Sequence record: OM456492.1
Strand: one strand, 5' to 3'
Length of the DNA: 64,000 nt
Positions 7,847 through 16,337 of the stretch are shown here, piece after piece (positions within the stretch are counted from its first letter, which is position 1; every line of letters starts with the position of its first letter). Below the pieces are notes generated by a model. It was not told the DNA's origin, did no database searches, and saw nothing but the letters and a program-made list of their open reading frames with translations. A program made the position numbers and the translations under genes.

Positions 7847-8503
7847 TTACAGTTCCGGTTTGGAGGCAAGCGCCGTCCAAGTTTCGGAATGTTTGACACT
7901 GACGTGCGCTAAGCGATTCACCATGAACGCAAATTTGTCCATATGCTTCTGCACTTCGTTATCAGTCAGATTACCAGCGATAACTTTACCGTCTTTGGTC
8001 AGCACGATATAGCCGTGGTTGTTGTCTACCGTAGTGAACGCCACATCAATCGTAACCGGGTACAGTTTCACCAGCGTCGGCAGAATATGACCAACACGAT
8101 CGGCCATACCCGCAAGCTGGCCACAAAGGTCGGCTTTATCCTGCATGAACAAACGCAACATCGCTACTGCAAACACCGGATAGATATTTTCGATTTGCGT
8201 GTCGTAACGAGACAGACCGATAACTTCATCACCGCGGGTCAGCACCATGTTGTTCAGATGTGCGCCTTTATAGATGGTAAAGCGTACGTCGCTACCAAGG
8301 TTAACCGCAACGATTTCCTGACCAAGGTCAATCGGATATTCGCGCTCGATGTGAATTGTTTTCAGACGCTCACTGATCGGTACAATCACATCCGGCTTCG
8401 GAATGCTAGATGTATGCGTGGATTCAGTGGTGCGCGTTTTTGTGGATTTAACCACGCTGCTTGCCATTGAATCTTTTGCTACAGTTTTAGGGGCCTTCGC
8501 CAT
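7847..8503 (-). CDS. Hypothetical protein with Ser/Thr-rich N-terminus
   Basis: 218-aa ORF, SD AAGGAG. Confidence 0.85.
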   Translation of the reverse strand: MAKAPKTVAKDSMASSVVKSTKTRTTESTHTSSIPKPDVIVPISERLKTIHIEREYPIDLGQEIVAVNLGSDVRFTIYKGAHLNNMVLTRGDEVIGLSRYDTQIENIYPVFAVAMLRLFMQDKADLCGQLAGMADRVGHILPTLVKLYPVTIDVAFTTVDNNHGYIVLTKDGKVIAGNLTDNEVQKHMDKFAFMVNRLAHVSVKHSETWTALASKPEL

Positions 8504-8535
8504 GATATACTCCTTAAGGTTTACACTAGTTAATC

Positions 8536-8916
8536 CTAGAAAGCTGCTTCTGGAAAGTCGTGTTCAAATGCCCGACGGTCATTCTCTACACGGTTTAAAT
8601 GTGTCGGTAACGACACGCAATTATTACAGATACAAAGTTCTTTATCCCCTTGACTGGGGTCAAAGTCGTACCATTTCCATTCAACGGTATCTCGTTTCGG
8701 GAAGGTACCTTTGCAGTCGTCGCAGACCACTTCTTCCGCCGCAATTGCAGCCTGCAATTTTTCCCAGCAGTCTTCGCACATGTAATACGTTTCGCGGCCC
8801 CATGGGTCGCACTCTGCCGTATAACGTGGAGCTATAGAGCCCACTTTAAGATGTTTACATCGTTCATCCTCTTCCGTCATCACGCGACGGGTGATACCAT
8901 TTACAAACCAATTCAT
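8536..8916 (-). CDS. Cys-rich putative zinc-binding protein
   Basis: CEDC, CDDC and CNNC pairs plus additional Cys/His; SD GGAG. Confidence 0.75.
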   Translation of the reverse strand: MNWFVNGITRRVMTEEDERCKHLKVGSIAPRYTAECDPWGRETYYMCEDCWEKLQAAIAAEEVVCDDCKGTFPKRDTVEWKWYDFDPSQGDKELCICNNCVSLPTHLNRVENDRRAFEHDFPEAAF

Positions 8917-8927
8917 ACGTTTGCTCC

Positions 8928-9293
8928 CTACATCACTGCAGAAGGTTTACGTGCCATGACTTTAAGTCCCGTATCTCGTACCCGGATAGGACAATTATTC
9001 ATGTAATCAATGCAGGATTCTATTTTGAAGCTGTGTCGACATTTACCGTTGATGGAACGGTAGACGATTTCGTAATTCAGGCGCAGTGTATCAGCAACAC
9101 GCATCAACGTTTCAATAGTCACGGCCTTCTCACGTTCATTTTTAATCGCAGATATTTGTGACGGTGAGCAGCCTACTAATAACGCGATGTCTTTCTGCGT
9201 AACGTCCTTCGCAGTAACACGCGTAATAATGTAAGAAAGACGAACCAAAAACGTTTTCTTTGCCAACACAACGGCTTGATGTTTAAAACGCAT
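8928..9293 (-). CDS. XRE/Cro-family helix-turn-helix regulator
   Basis: VTQKDIALLVGCSPSQISAIKNEREKAVTIETLMRVADTL; first gene after an early-type promoter. Confidence 0.85.
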   Translation of the reverse strand: MRFKHQAVVLAKKTFLVRLSYIITRVTAKDVTQKDIALLVGCSPSQISAIKNEREKAVTIETLMRVADTLRLNYEIVYRSINGKCRHSFKIESCIDYMNNCPIRVRDTGLKVMARKPSAVM

Positions 9294-9296
9294 TAG

Positions 9297-9323
9297 AATA
9301 CTCCTTTAGATTAATAGTCGATT
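9297..9323 (-). promoter_or_regulatory. Conserved 27-nt 5' leader/RBS element
   Basis: Minus strand AATCGACTATTAATCTAAAGGAGTATT, identical at 37926-37952; 2 mismatches at 45619-45645. Confidence 0.8.
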
Positions 9324-9343
9324 AGAGAGTTTAACGACAACTC

Positions 9344-9369
9344 TCACTAAGGTAATATATATCTGAAAT
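9344..9369 (-). promoter_or_regulatory. Class A early (vRNAP) promoter, TATATTAC core
   Basis: Minus strand ATTTCAGATATATATTACCTTAGTGA; TATATTAC is the phiKZ early promoter consensus; 26-bp copies at 37974 and 46477. Confidence 0.85.
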
Positions 9370-9425
9370 TTAGTGGACTGGAAGCAAAAAGCATAGGACT
9401 GTTCTGATCTGTAAAAAAGACAATA

Positions 9426-9453
9426 CCCTCTTACCCGAAGGTAAGAGGGGTAC
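9426..9453 (-). terminator. Intrinsic terminator, cUUCGg loop; identical 28-bp copy at 36041-36068
   Basis: CCCTCTTACC-CGAA-GGTAAGAGGG on the + strand with an A tract upstream (U tract on minus). Confidence 0.9.
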
Positions 9454-9455
9454 AA

Positions 9456-10079
9456 CTAACCTGCCAGAATACGTTCAACGATACGTGCGGCTTGTAACGC
9501 TATATCGTCGTCAGCCGTAACGCGCATCAGCGGGAACTTATCGCCGCCATCTGTGGTGATGTGGAAAGCAAAACGGTAATGGTCGCGTAAGGCGTCCCAA
9601 TCGGTCTGTGAGCGCAGATACTTCGCTGTCAGTACCTCATCATCCCAGTTCTTGCCCTGGGCTTCTGCGCGCTTCTTAAAGCGTTCTGTGGCGGTTTCGT
9701 AGGATACATCGGTTGCCACGTAAAGTTTCGGTGCGTTAATGTGGTCTAACACCCGCGAACGGAAAACTTCCCCTTTACCATCTACGCCCTGGTAGACAAT
9801 GGTCGATTGACAAAAACGGTCAAAAATAACGACATCGTGCTCTGGTACAACGAAGTCCATCGTGTAATGGAAATCCAGACACATCGCTTTGGCAATACGT
9901 TCATTAGAGGCGTGCTGGATAACCAGAGAGCGTGCACTAATACCGGCTTCAGTGGTATTCGTCGGGTGATTGACGATGATGGCATTAACGCCAGCGGAGC
10001 GCAACATCGCTTGAATCGTTTTAGCGAGTGTTGATTTGCCAGAAAAATCTGGACCATCCAGCGCCACTGAGTTTAACAT
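9456..10079 (-). CDS. tmk: Thymidylate (dTMP) kinase-like P-loop kinase
   Basis: VALDGPDFSGKST P-loop, VVIFDRF (DR motif), HPT after the P-loop; start moved to MLNSVAL. Confidence 0.85.
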   Translation of the reverse strand: MLNSVALDGPDFSGKSTLAKTIQAMLRSAGVNAIIVNHPTNTTEAGISARSLVIQHASNERIAKAMCLDFHYTMDFVVPEHDVVIFDRFCQSTIVYQGVDGKGEVFRSRVLDHINAPKLYVATDVSYETATERFKKRAEAQGKNWDDEVLTAKYLRSQTDWDALRDHYRFAFHITTDGGDKFPLMRVTADDDIALQAARIVERILAG

Positions 10080-10155
10080 TTTATTCTTCCCCAAAAGTTT
10101 AATTAATTGTAGTGGTGTCACAATATAGCGACCAAACGTAAAGAAAAAAATAAAA

Positions 10156-10177
10156 CAGGCACCCCGAAGGATGCCTG
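10156..10177 (-). terminator. Intrinsic terminator
   Basis: CAGGCACC-CGAA-GGATGCCTG hairpin with a long T tract on the minus strand. Confidence 0.8.
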
Positions 10178-10190
10178 ACATTAGATGCTA

Positions 10191-10949
10191 TTACTCGATA
10201 GCCTTGTGGTTCTTCATTTCTGGTGTCCAGGTGTGTTCAATCCATGCTTCGATGACCGGCTTGATGCCCGGACTCTTGAAGAAAGCATTTAATGACGGCC
10301 ATTCCCCTAACGCGTACTTGTTAGTGAAATTGAGCGACATTACACTGAAGCCTTCGCCTTTGTTAAACAACGCAGAAGGGGCCAAGGAATAAGACAACAT
10401 GGCCTGCGGCGTATCCGATTCGGGACGCAGCAGTGTCATGCGGCGGGTAACACGCAGTTCAATATCGTTGAAGTTAGCCCGGAGGTCTTCTTTAAATTTG
10501 ACACTGCGGAAGAAACGATTTCCTGTTTCGGATGCTTTATTTACCAATCGCTCGGTTTGCATCACGTCTTTAAAATACGCATTGATGCATTCTTCAATGA
10601 AGACATAGCGTGGTGCAGCTTCACGCAGTGCTTCTAAGTCGAACTCTTTCCATGCGGGGATGAGTTCAGGCTTACGGGCGATGTGTTTAAAGAACATCCT
10701 GGCTGAGACTTCGCGCAGTGCTTTCAGCAACCCGCGAATAACATCTTCCCGCGTTGCGTTAGTTGCGAAGAACTCAGTCGTGCCATGTACAACGGTACCG
10801 CCTGTTTTAGCGCTGATGAGCTTATGCTCTATCATAATCGGCATCCCGCCCTTACCGATCATCTCTTCGTTATACAAAAATACATAACGATATTCGCCAC
10901 AGGCAGTGGGGACGGACAGGAACTCTTTCTTCGTAGTATTAACAGTCAT
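10191..10949 (-). CDS. Hypothetical protein
   Basis: 252-aa ORF behind a structured leader and class B motif. Confidence 0.85.
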   Translation of the reverse strand: MTVNTTKKEFLSVPTACGEYRYVFLYNEEMIGKGGMPIMIEHKLISAKTGGTVVHGTTEFFATNATREDVIRGLLKALREVSARMFFKHIARKPELIPAWKEFDLEALREAAPRYVFIEECINAYFKDVMQTERLVNKASETGNRFFRSVKFKEDLRANFNDIELRVTRRMTLLRPESDTPQAMLSYSLAPSALFNKGEGFSVMSLNFTNKYALGEWPSLNAFFKSPGIKPVIEAWIEHTWTPEMKNHKAIE

Positions 10950-11043
10950 GGTATTTCTCTCTTAGTTTAAGTTGGTGAGTTTTAACCGACTCACAACGGC
11001 TTCTAGCATATGCTAAGGATGAAACGTAAATTTTGTACGTCTC

Positions 11044-11068
11044 CCTAAAATAATATCTATCCGAAAAA
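11044..11068 (-). promoter_or_regulatory. Class B promoter-like motif
   Basis: Minus strand TTTTTCGGATAGATATTATTTTAGG. Confidence 0.7.
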
Positions 11069-11079
11069 CAATAGAGTCG

Positions 11080-11101
11080 ACCCACTCCCGAAGGAGTGGG
11101 T
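11080..11101 (-). terminator. Intrinsic terminator, cUUCGg loop
   Basis: ACCCACTCC-CGAA-GGAGTGGGT directly after the stop of 11107..11706. Confidence 0.8.
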
Positions 11102-11106
11102 ATAAC

Positions 11107-11706
11107 TCACTGATGATCAACTTTCGGTTCAGACCACTCGGGGACTGGCGGAAGTTTAATATCAGTTGCGTATTCTGAAGGCACTGCGAGTGTGGTAAAG
11201 CCACGACATGCCAAATAGTGCTGCATTCGTGCTGCCTGATTCGGTGTGTCGGTGATCACCAAATGGGTCTTACGCATAAGTGCGAGTACCGCCTGTCCTT
11301 CTTGCGGCGTAGGTGTACGTGGATGCTTACTGATAATGCTCATTAACCAGTCACGCGCAATACCACCTATATTACAACTGGCCTCGCGCAAATCAACCAC
11401 ACCTTCACCTTCACCCACCACCTGTTTGGTAGAGTTAGGATAAAAGCGATACGGTGCACGACGACGCTTACGACGTACTTCTGAAATAGCACGTCCAAGT
11501 ATCATCTGTGCGTGTTTAACACTACAGCCGTCCACCGGTCTACGCATGTTCGTTACTAAACAGGCAATTTCTAACACCTTGCCGATTTGATAGCGACGCT
11601 TAAAGCCATGACGACTTATGTCTACGTATTCTGGAAGATTGCCGTTTTTATTGATGTTTGCAACCGTAATCAAAAACAGCGAATCGAGAATCATCTCAGA
11701 CATCAC
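11107..11706 (-). CDS. Hypothetical protein (Arg-rich patch)
   Basis: 199-aa ORF, SD GGGG. Confidence 0.8.
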   Translation of the reverse strand: MMSEMILDSLFLITVANINKNGNLPEYVDISRHGFKRRYQIGKVLEIACLVTNMRRPVDGCSVKHAQMILGRAISEVRRKRRRAPYRFYPNSTKQVVGEGEGVVDLREASCNIGGIARDWLMSIISKHPRTPTPQEGQAVLALMRKTHLVITDTPNQAARMQHYLACRGFTTLAVPSEYATDIKLPPVPEWSEPKVDHQ

Positions 11707-11715
11707 AGTTTCCCC

Positions 11716-12087
11716 TTAAAACCCCGCAACGACTGCAGACATAAAGTCATGAACGACTTTACGTTGTTCTGCAAGCGGGTAGCCAAATTTAGTAATGTCG
11801 TGCATCCACCGTATTTGGTGGGTCCGACCATCGTGACGGAATGTGGAGCGCAGTACCAGGAAATAATCCGCACTGACTCGGAAATGTAACGAGCAGCTGC
11901 CATGTTTGGCTCGCACGGTCAACTGAATACGCTTTACGCCGTCGCCTAGATACTTAGCGTCGATGTCGACCTGGTCAACCTCTGGTACGGTCCGTAAGGC
12001 TTGCGCGACGTCTTCCAGGTCCCCGTTCTTGCTCACATTAGCGCCATGGAGCGCTGCGGTACAGAGTTGAAGCTCTCGATAGAACAT
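11716..12087 (-). CDS. Hypothetical protein
   Basis: 123-aa ORF, SD GGAG. Confidence 0.8.
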   Translation of the reverse strand: MFYRELQLCTAALHGANVSKNGDLEDVAQALRTVPEVDQVDIDAKYLGDGVKRIQLTVRAKHGSCSLHFRVSADYFLVLRSTFRHDGRTHQIRWMHDITKFGYPLAEQRKVVHDFMSAVVAGF

Positions 12088-12641
12088 CCTTCTAGTCTCC
12101 TGTCCCTCCCATAGTTCAAGGGATTTTTATAATACCAATCTTCATGCACAGGAGTCACGCGGATATACCGGCTGTAAAACAACAAGTATTTGTAGAAGGT
12201 ATCAATACTGACGTCTTTGTCCACTGATAAAAAATAGTTTAAAGACGGGTCGTCTGGGAACGACACAAAGATACCGGTGAAGTGCGTATCGGCATAGGGG
12301 CCATTAAACGGCGTCACTTCACACTTCAGGCAAGGTAAACCAACCTGAAACGCGTTCTGTCCTGTCCAGTAGATTCCGCGAGTTGTTGCGTCGCGTGTTT
12401 TCCCATCGGGACGACAAACAATCCCTGCCATAAAACTGGACCGTTGACTTGAGTCGGCGGCATTTAAGAACCGGATTATTCTGTCTACTGAAAAATATTT
12501 TAACGTGCCGGGTGGTATTTGCCAGAACTGTCCCATCGCACGTACCACCTTCCAACCAGGGCGATTTCTTGCCCCAAAACGCTTTACACAAAAAGTATAT
12601 CGCGAGCCAGTCTGATGCGGCACGCTGCGGACAGCTACCAT
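12033..12641 (-). CDS. Hypothetical protein
   Basis: 202-aa ORF, SD AAGGAG; 55-nt overlap with the downstream gene. Confidence 0.7.
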   Translation of the reverse strand: MVAVRSVPHQTGSRYTFCVKRFGARNRPGWKVVRAMGQFWQIPPGTLKYFSVDRIIRFLNAADSSQRSSFMAGIVCRPDGKTRDATTRGIYWTGQNAFQVGLPCLKCEVTPFNGPYADTHFTGIFVSFPDDPSLNYFLSVDKDVSIDTFYKYLLFYSRYIRVTPVHEDWYYKNPLNYGRDRRLEGCSIESFNSVPQRSMALM

Positions 12642-12642
12642 G

Positions 12643-13110
12643 TTAAAGCTCCTTTACCATATCCTGGTATTCAGTTCGGAATCCGAAACGTTCATAAAAC
12701 GCAATAGCACGGTCGTTATTACCGAGCACGTTAAGCTGCATCCATGCACAGCCTTTTGATTTGCCGTAATTTTCTACGGCTTCAATTAACTCATGCCCGA
12801 CGCCTTGAGAGCGAACCGATTCGTCTACAAAGAAGTTATATACCCAGAGGAAACGTTGTCCCTTTTTGGTGTAGCCAAAGGTGATGAAGCCCACAGCCAC
12901 ACCACGGTCATCAACGGCGCAAGCGCACAGCGTACCTTCACCCCAAACCTCCTCCAGTTTTGAGATTTGATTAAACCCTTCACGACCGTTTAAGTCGGCA
13001 AGTTTTATTTTCTGATCGTCGTATAACTTGTTGTGTAGTCCTAACAAGTCCGCGTAGTATTTCTTTCCATACGGAGAGTTGGGCTTGGTGACAAAAACAA
13101 TTTTCATCAT
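12643..13110 (-). CDS. GNAT acetyltransferase
   Basis: VYNFFVDESVRSQGVGHELI (motif A) and LNVLGNNDRAIAFYERFGF (motif B). Confidence 0.92.
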   Translation of the reverse strand: MMKIVFVTKPNSPYGKKYYADLLGLHNKLYDDQKIKLADLNGREGFNQISKLEEVWGEGTLCACAVDDRGVAVGFITFGYTKKGQRFLWVYNFFVDESVRSQGVGHELIEAVENYGKSKGCAWMQLNVLGNNDRAIAFYERFGFRTEYQDMVKEL

Positions 13111-14240
13111 TTCACCTCAGCCAACGACTGTTTTGTCCACTCCATTAGACCCTCCGCCACACGTACCAATGCTGTGGTAAATGCATCTTCCATCGCCATT
13201 GCATTGCGGTACCGCAGAGTAGCTTCTTTCAGCTCAGCCCCTTCTAGGTTCTTAAGCTCGGACTTCATCGCTTCCACTTCTTCGTAGATACCAGTGTAGC
13301 CCACAACACGGTTCTTTGTTCCGCGTGCTGCAATAGATTTGATAAGTGCTTCCACAGCCTCTATTGCTTTCCCACACTGATGCATATCCAGCGATTTAAT
13401 GGTTTCACCATACTCGCCGTCACGCGCAATTGCCCAACTGACCTTACCACTATGGTGCTCAACCACAACGATATTTCCAGGGACAGGAAAAGCTTCCACC
13501 TTTTTAAAGGGATCGATGATGCCAAGCAACCCAGCAGCGCGCTTAACTGCCCAGTTCGTGGACTTGCTGATTTGTTTTAAGCCTGGCCCTTCGAATGCTT
13601 TGCTTTTCTTCAGGGCGGTGCGTGTGTAAACCGTGTACTTTTGCACGACGCCTTCGTACGCATTTGTTTGTTTAGAAAACTTAACACACGCTTCAAAATC
13701 GGGGCGATCTTCAAAGCAAATTTTAGACGTCCAGCTGCTCGTGTGAACGTCAACTGGAGCGAGTGTTTTGTGGTCATCTAACAACGACATTCGCGTTTTA
13801 AGCTTATTGAGCTTACGTTCCATGAAAGCAGCTTTCGAGGTTATTTCTTTCAAACGGTCGGCTTGCTCTTTCGCCAACGCCTCCGCAAAATCGTAGAAAC
13901 GTAACGCGAGCTTTTTAGAGAGTTTACCTGCGCCCTTTGCGGTTGCACCTAGTCCTGCGCCCACTAACTTTCCAGTACCTTTAACAGCTTTCGCAGTAAT
14001 GCGCCCTGCTACACGATGAACGCCAGCCAGCGGGTCAGTATCAGTCATAAACTGAGCACGCTCCATCGCTTCACGCGATTCACGAGCAACCAACATATCT
14101 TCACCGTCATCGGTTAAGCACCAACGCTGACGAATCGCACAAACCGCAGGGAAGTCGGGCTTAACTCCCAGACCTTCGAGTGCGACCAGGCGATCGTAGT
14201 CGTCAGTCAGGACTTCTAAATCTAAATCGAGCGTCGACAT
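13107..14240 (-). CDS. Probable inner-head (virion) protein with propeptide
   Basis: Acidic N-terminus with VALE and VARES protease-type sites, then an amphipathic/basic body like the 46571-49185 paralogs. Confidence 0.65.
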   Translation of the reverse strand: MSTLDLDLEVLTDDYDRLVALEGLGVKPDFPAVCAIRQRWCLTDDGEDMLVARESREAMERAQFMTDTDPLAGVHRVAGRITAKAVKGTGKLVGAGLGATAKGAGKLSKKLALRFYDFAEALAKEQADRLKEITSKAAFMERKLNKLKTRMSLLDDHKTLAPVDVHTSSWTSKICFEDRPDFEACVKFSKQTNAYEGVVQKYTVYTRTALKKSKAFEGPGLKQISKSTNWAVKRAAGLLGIIDPFKKVEAFPVPGNIVVVEHHSGKVSWAIARDGEYGETIKSLDMHQCGKAIEAVEALIKSIAARGTKNRVVGYTGIYEEVEAMKSELKNLEGAELKEATLRYRNAMAMEDAFTTALVRVAEGLMEWTKQSLAEVK

Positions 14241-14250
14241 CCCCTGCTCC

Positions 14251-14523
14251 TTATATCTGCGTCAAAGTATAGTAATAGTTGCGATGTGGCCAGCGGACGC
14301 ACAAGGCAAATATCTCTCCCGTATCCGGTGTGGTGTAGACCGTCTGAATTGGGTCATTTTCTTGTGGCGCGACTTTCGAATCAAAACCGTGACGTTCCAG
14401 GTAATCGAAAAACTCATCTTCGGTGCCTGGGAACAGACGAAGGCTGGTCACCTTCTTAATGGGTTTTGACGGCGTAGGGAAGAACGCTTCCCACAAACGA
14501 CGAGCTAAACTGGTAGTTTGCAT
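14251..14523 (-). CDS. Hypothetical protein
   Basis: 90-aa ORF, SD GAGG. Confidence 0.75.
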   Translation of the reverse strand: MQTTSLARRLWEAFFPTPSKPIKKVTSLRLFPGTEDEFFDYLERHGFDSKVAPQENDPIQTVYTTPDTGEIFALCVRWPHRNYYYTLTQI

Positions 14524-14553
14524 AATAGCGACCTCTGATTAAAGGCAACGTGG

Positions 14554-15153
14554 TCATAATAAGCACAAGCTCTCAAGCCACAGATGTCCTTCAAGCGCAT
14601 GGTGGTAACAAGGAATACCACACTGCTTAGCGTATTTCACGCCCATGGCAGTACCGCCGGTCGGATTACCTTGCTTATCTAAAGGCGCAGAGTAATAAAC
14701 TGCGTCTACAGGCGTTGCTAAATCATCGCCCATAATTATATTCAAATTACGCCCGTGAAGCGCCCAGGCGAACTCCTGGAGCTTTTCTGGCGCGGGATGA
14801 AGCTTACCTACTATCTCACGATAGCGGTCATCCTGAGGGATTACACGGAACTCTACGTTGGGATTCTGTTTCTTGAGCCAGAGCTTTTTCTCATCGGGTA
14901 GGTAACAAATGAACTCATCGTCCCACGCCACTTTCTTGCCAGTATCTCGGTCGATTGTATTCGCCCACTGTCGGGCAAACCGGAATTGCAATTGGTCAGG
15001 GCCAGACCAACAGCCGCCGGAAGAAAATTGAATCGTGTAACCTTTGGCGTGCAACGCATTAAACCCGCGTAACAACCGCATGTACATTTCAGACATGGTA
15101 TCTTCATCAGTCTTCCGAGAACCGATTACCGCAATTTTATAAATCTTTTTCAT
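14554..15153 (-). CDS. SLOG-superfamily (DprA/YspA-like) protein
   Basis: KIAVIGSRKT, SSGGCWSGPD, LHGRN, TGGTAMGVKYAKQCGIP motifs. Confidence 0.8.
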   Translation of the reverse strand: MKKIYKIAVIGSRKTDEDTMSEMYMRLLRGFNALHAKGYTIQFSSGGCWSGPDQLQFRFARQWANTIDRDTGKKVAWDDEFICYLPDEKKLWLKKQNPNVEFRVIPQDDRYREIVGKLHPAPEKLQEFAWALHGRNLNIIMGDDLATPVDAVYYSAPLDKQGNPTGGTAMGVKYAKQCGIPCYHHALEGHLWLESLCLL

Positions 15154-15207
15154 GGACTTACCTCCTATACGGAGTGGACGATTCGTAAGAAAAAAAAAAA
15201 TAAATAC

Positions 15208-15232
15208 CTACCCTCGCCTTTAGCGAGGGTAG
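15208..15232 (-). terminator. Intrinsic terminator
   Basis: CTACCCTCGC-CTTTA-GCGAGGGTAG plus a long T tract on the minus strand. Confidence 0.85.
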
Positions 15233-15236
15233 TGTC

Positions 15237-15854
15237 TTAAACAAACTCACGATAACGAAAACCGTTAAGCTTCGTGATAGTCACTTCTTCTAACAGCTTA
15301 CGCCCCCAGAAACCAGCCAAATCATATTCCAGACCAGGGAGCGTTGTCTTGGTTAAGTCTTGGCCAATATGGTACGGTAGTGCAATGCGCGTACGTGTTT
15401 CGTAAACAAACGATTCACACTCGTAGACGAGGATATAACGATCAGTCGGGATGTCGTACTCTACATGACACTGCGCAGGGTTTTCCCACGCCTTACTTAC
15501 GATGATGCCACGTTCTGCACAGGCTGATTCAAAACTAGCCATCGCGGCTTCGGACCATACACGCAAATCGGCCGGTTTACCTTTCGACAAATCAAACCAT
15601 GTGAGATGTTTAGGCTTCAACGTGATTATATCACTGAGGCTCAATTTGCGGTAACGTACAACCACATAGTCATCAGGCTTACTCTTATTAGTCAGCAAAG
15701 CACTTACACGGCCGTCCGGTTCCGGTGGGCCATAACTTTCCACCCGTATGCGTTCTGTGGTCAGGGGTGTATAAACAGTTTCAGCATTAAAAGCATTGAC
15801 TAAATCGAGCAAGGTTTGACTGTGATGGTGGTTAAAGTCAATAACAAAAGACAT
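15237..15854 (-). CDS. Probable virion structural protein, paralog of 20153..20680
   Basis: N-terminus VIDFNHHHSQTLLDLVNAFN resembles RIDLSKTPKQILVERINYVF; own TATGACCC motif and terminator. Confidence 0.6.
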   Translation of the reverse strand: MSFVIDFNHHHSQTLLDLVNAFNAETVYTPLTTERIRVESYGPPEPDGRVSALLTNKSKPDDYVVVRYRKLSLSDIITLKPKHLTWFDLSKGKPADLRVWSEAAMASFESACAERGIIVSKAWENPAQCHVEYDIPTDRYILVYECESFVYETRTRIALPYHIGQDLTKTTLPGLEYDLAGFWGRKLLEEVTITKLNGFRYREFV

Positions 15855-15914
15855 GCCTCGCTCCTGGTATTTGATTAAGGGGGGTCATAATACTTCACAG
15901 GAAAATAATAAACA

Positions 15915-15938
15915 GTATAGGGGCCGAAGCCCCTATAC
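15915..15938 (-). terminator. Intrinsic terminator, cUUCGg loop
   Basis: GTATAGGGGC-CGAA-GCCCCTATAC. Confidence 0.85.
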
Positions 15939-15945
15939 GCTGTGT

Positions 15946-16335
15946 TTAGTAATCGTACAAAGGATACCGCGCGGAAATTTCTTTACCTACCCAAAAAGTT
16001 AACCGGTGGCTATTAACGCCGCAGTGTGTTTGTACTGACGGGGCAATTGTCGCTTTAACTTTCGACGAACACGTACCCGCATCTATTGGCTGGTACGTCT
16101 TGCGCTTTGTGTTAACGAGATAAAAGCCACCGCCTGGACACAGTTCAGAACGTCCGTAGTTGACCACGACAAACTCACCACTTTCCACCGTCACGACTGG
16201 TTCATCTTTGTCGCTGAATTTCACAGGTGCGTCAGTTTCCCACATTGGTTTGTATTGCGGGAAGTCCTGAACAGTAAACGCGTATACTGACGTAGTAACG
16301 CAAATTATAAACACAGCTAATACAGCACGCATCAT
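15946..16335 (-). CDS. Exported (periplasmic) protein with signal peptide
   Basis: MMRAVLAVFIICVTTSVYA-FT signal peptide with an AxA-like cleavage site; Cys pair in the mature part. Confidence 0.75.
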   Translation of the reverse strand: MMRAVLAVFIICVTTSVYAFTVQDFPQYKPMWETDAPVKFSDKDEPVVTVESGEFVVVNYGRSELCPGGGFYLVNTKRKTYQPIDAGTCSSKVKATIAPSVQTHCGVNSHRLTFWVGKEISARYPLYDY

Positions 16336-16337
16336 AT

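Noticed and set aside
7758-7880. 5' extension of the GNAT ORF, plus similar extensions at 10080-10181, 37357-37431 and 34091-34144
   Set aside because: The extensions cross terminators or neighbouring genes; downstream ATGs have proper SD spacing.
8403-9006. Plus-strand ORFs 8403..8837 and 8650..9006
   Set aside because: Antisense to well-supported minus-strand genes; no promoter or SD support.
11013-11204. 63-aa minus-strand ORF
   Set aside because: It runs through a terminator and a promoter motif and overlaps 11107..11706 in another frame.
15189-15200. Poly-A runs (also at about 25626-25640 and 31181-31196) as slippage or phase-variation sites
   Set aside because: They are intergenic U tracts of intrinsic terminators, not in coding frames.
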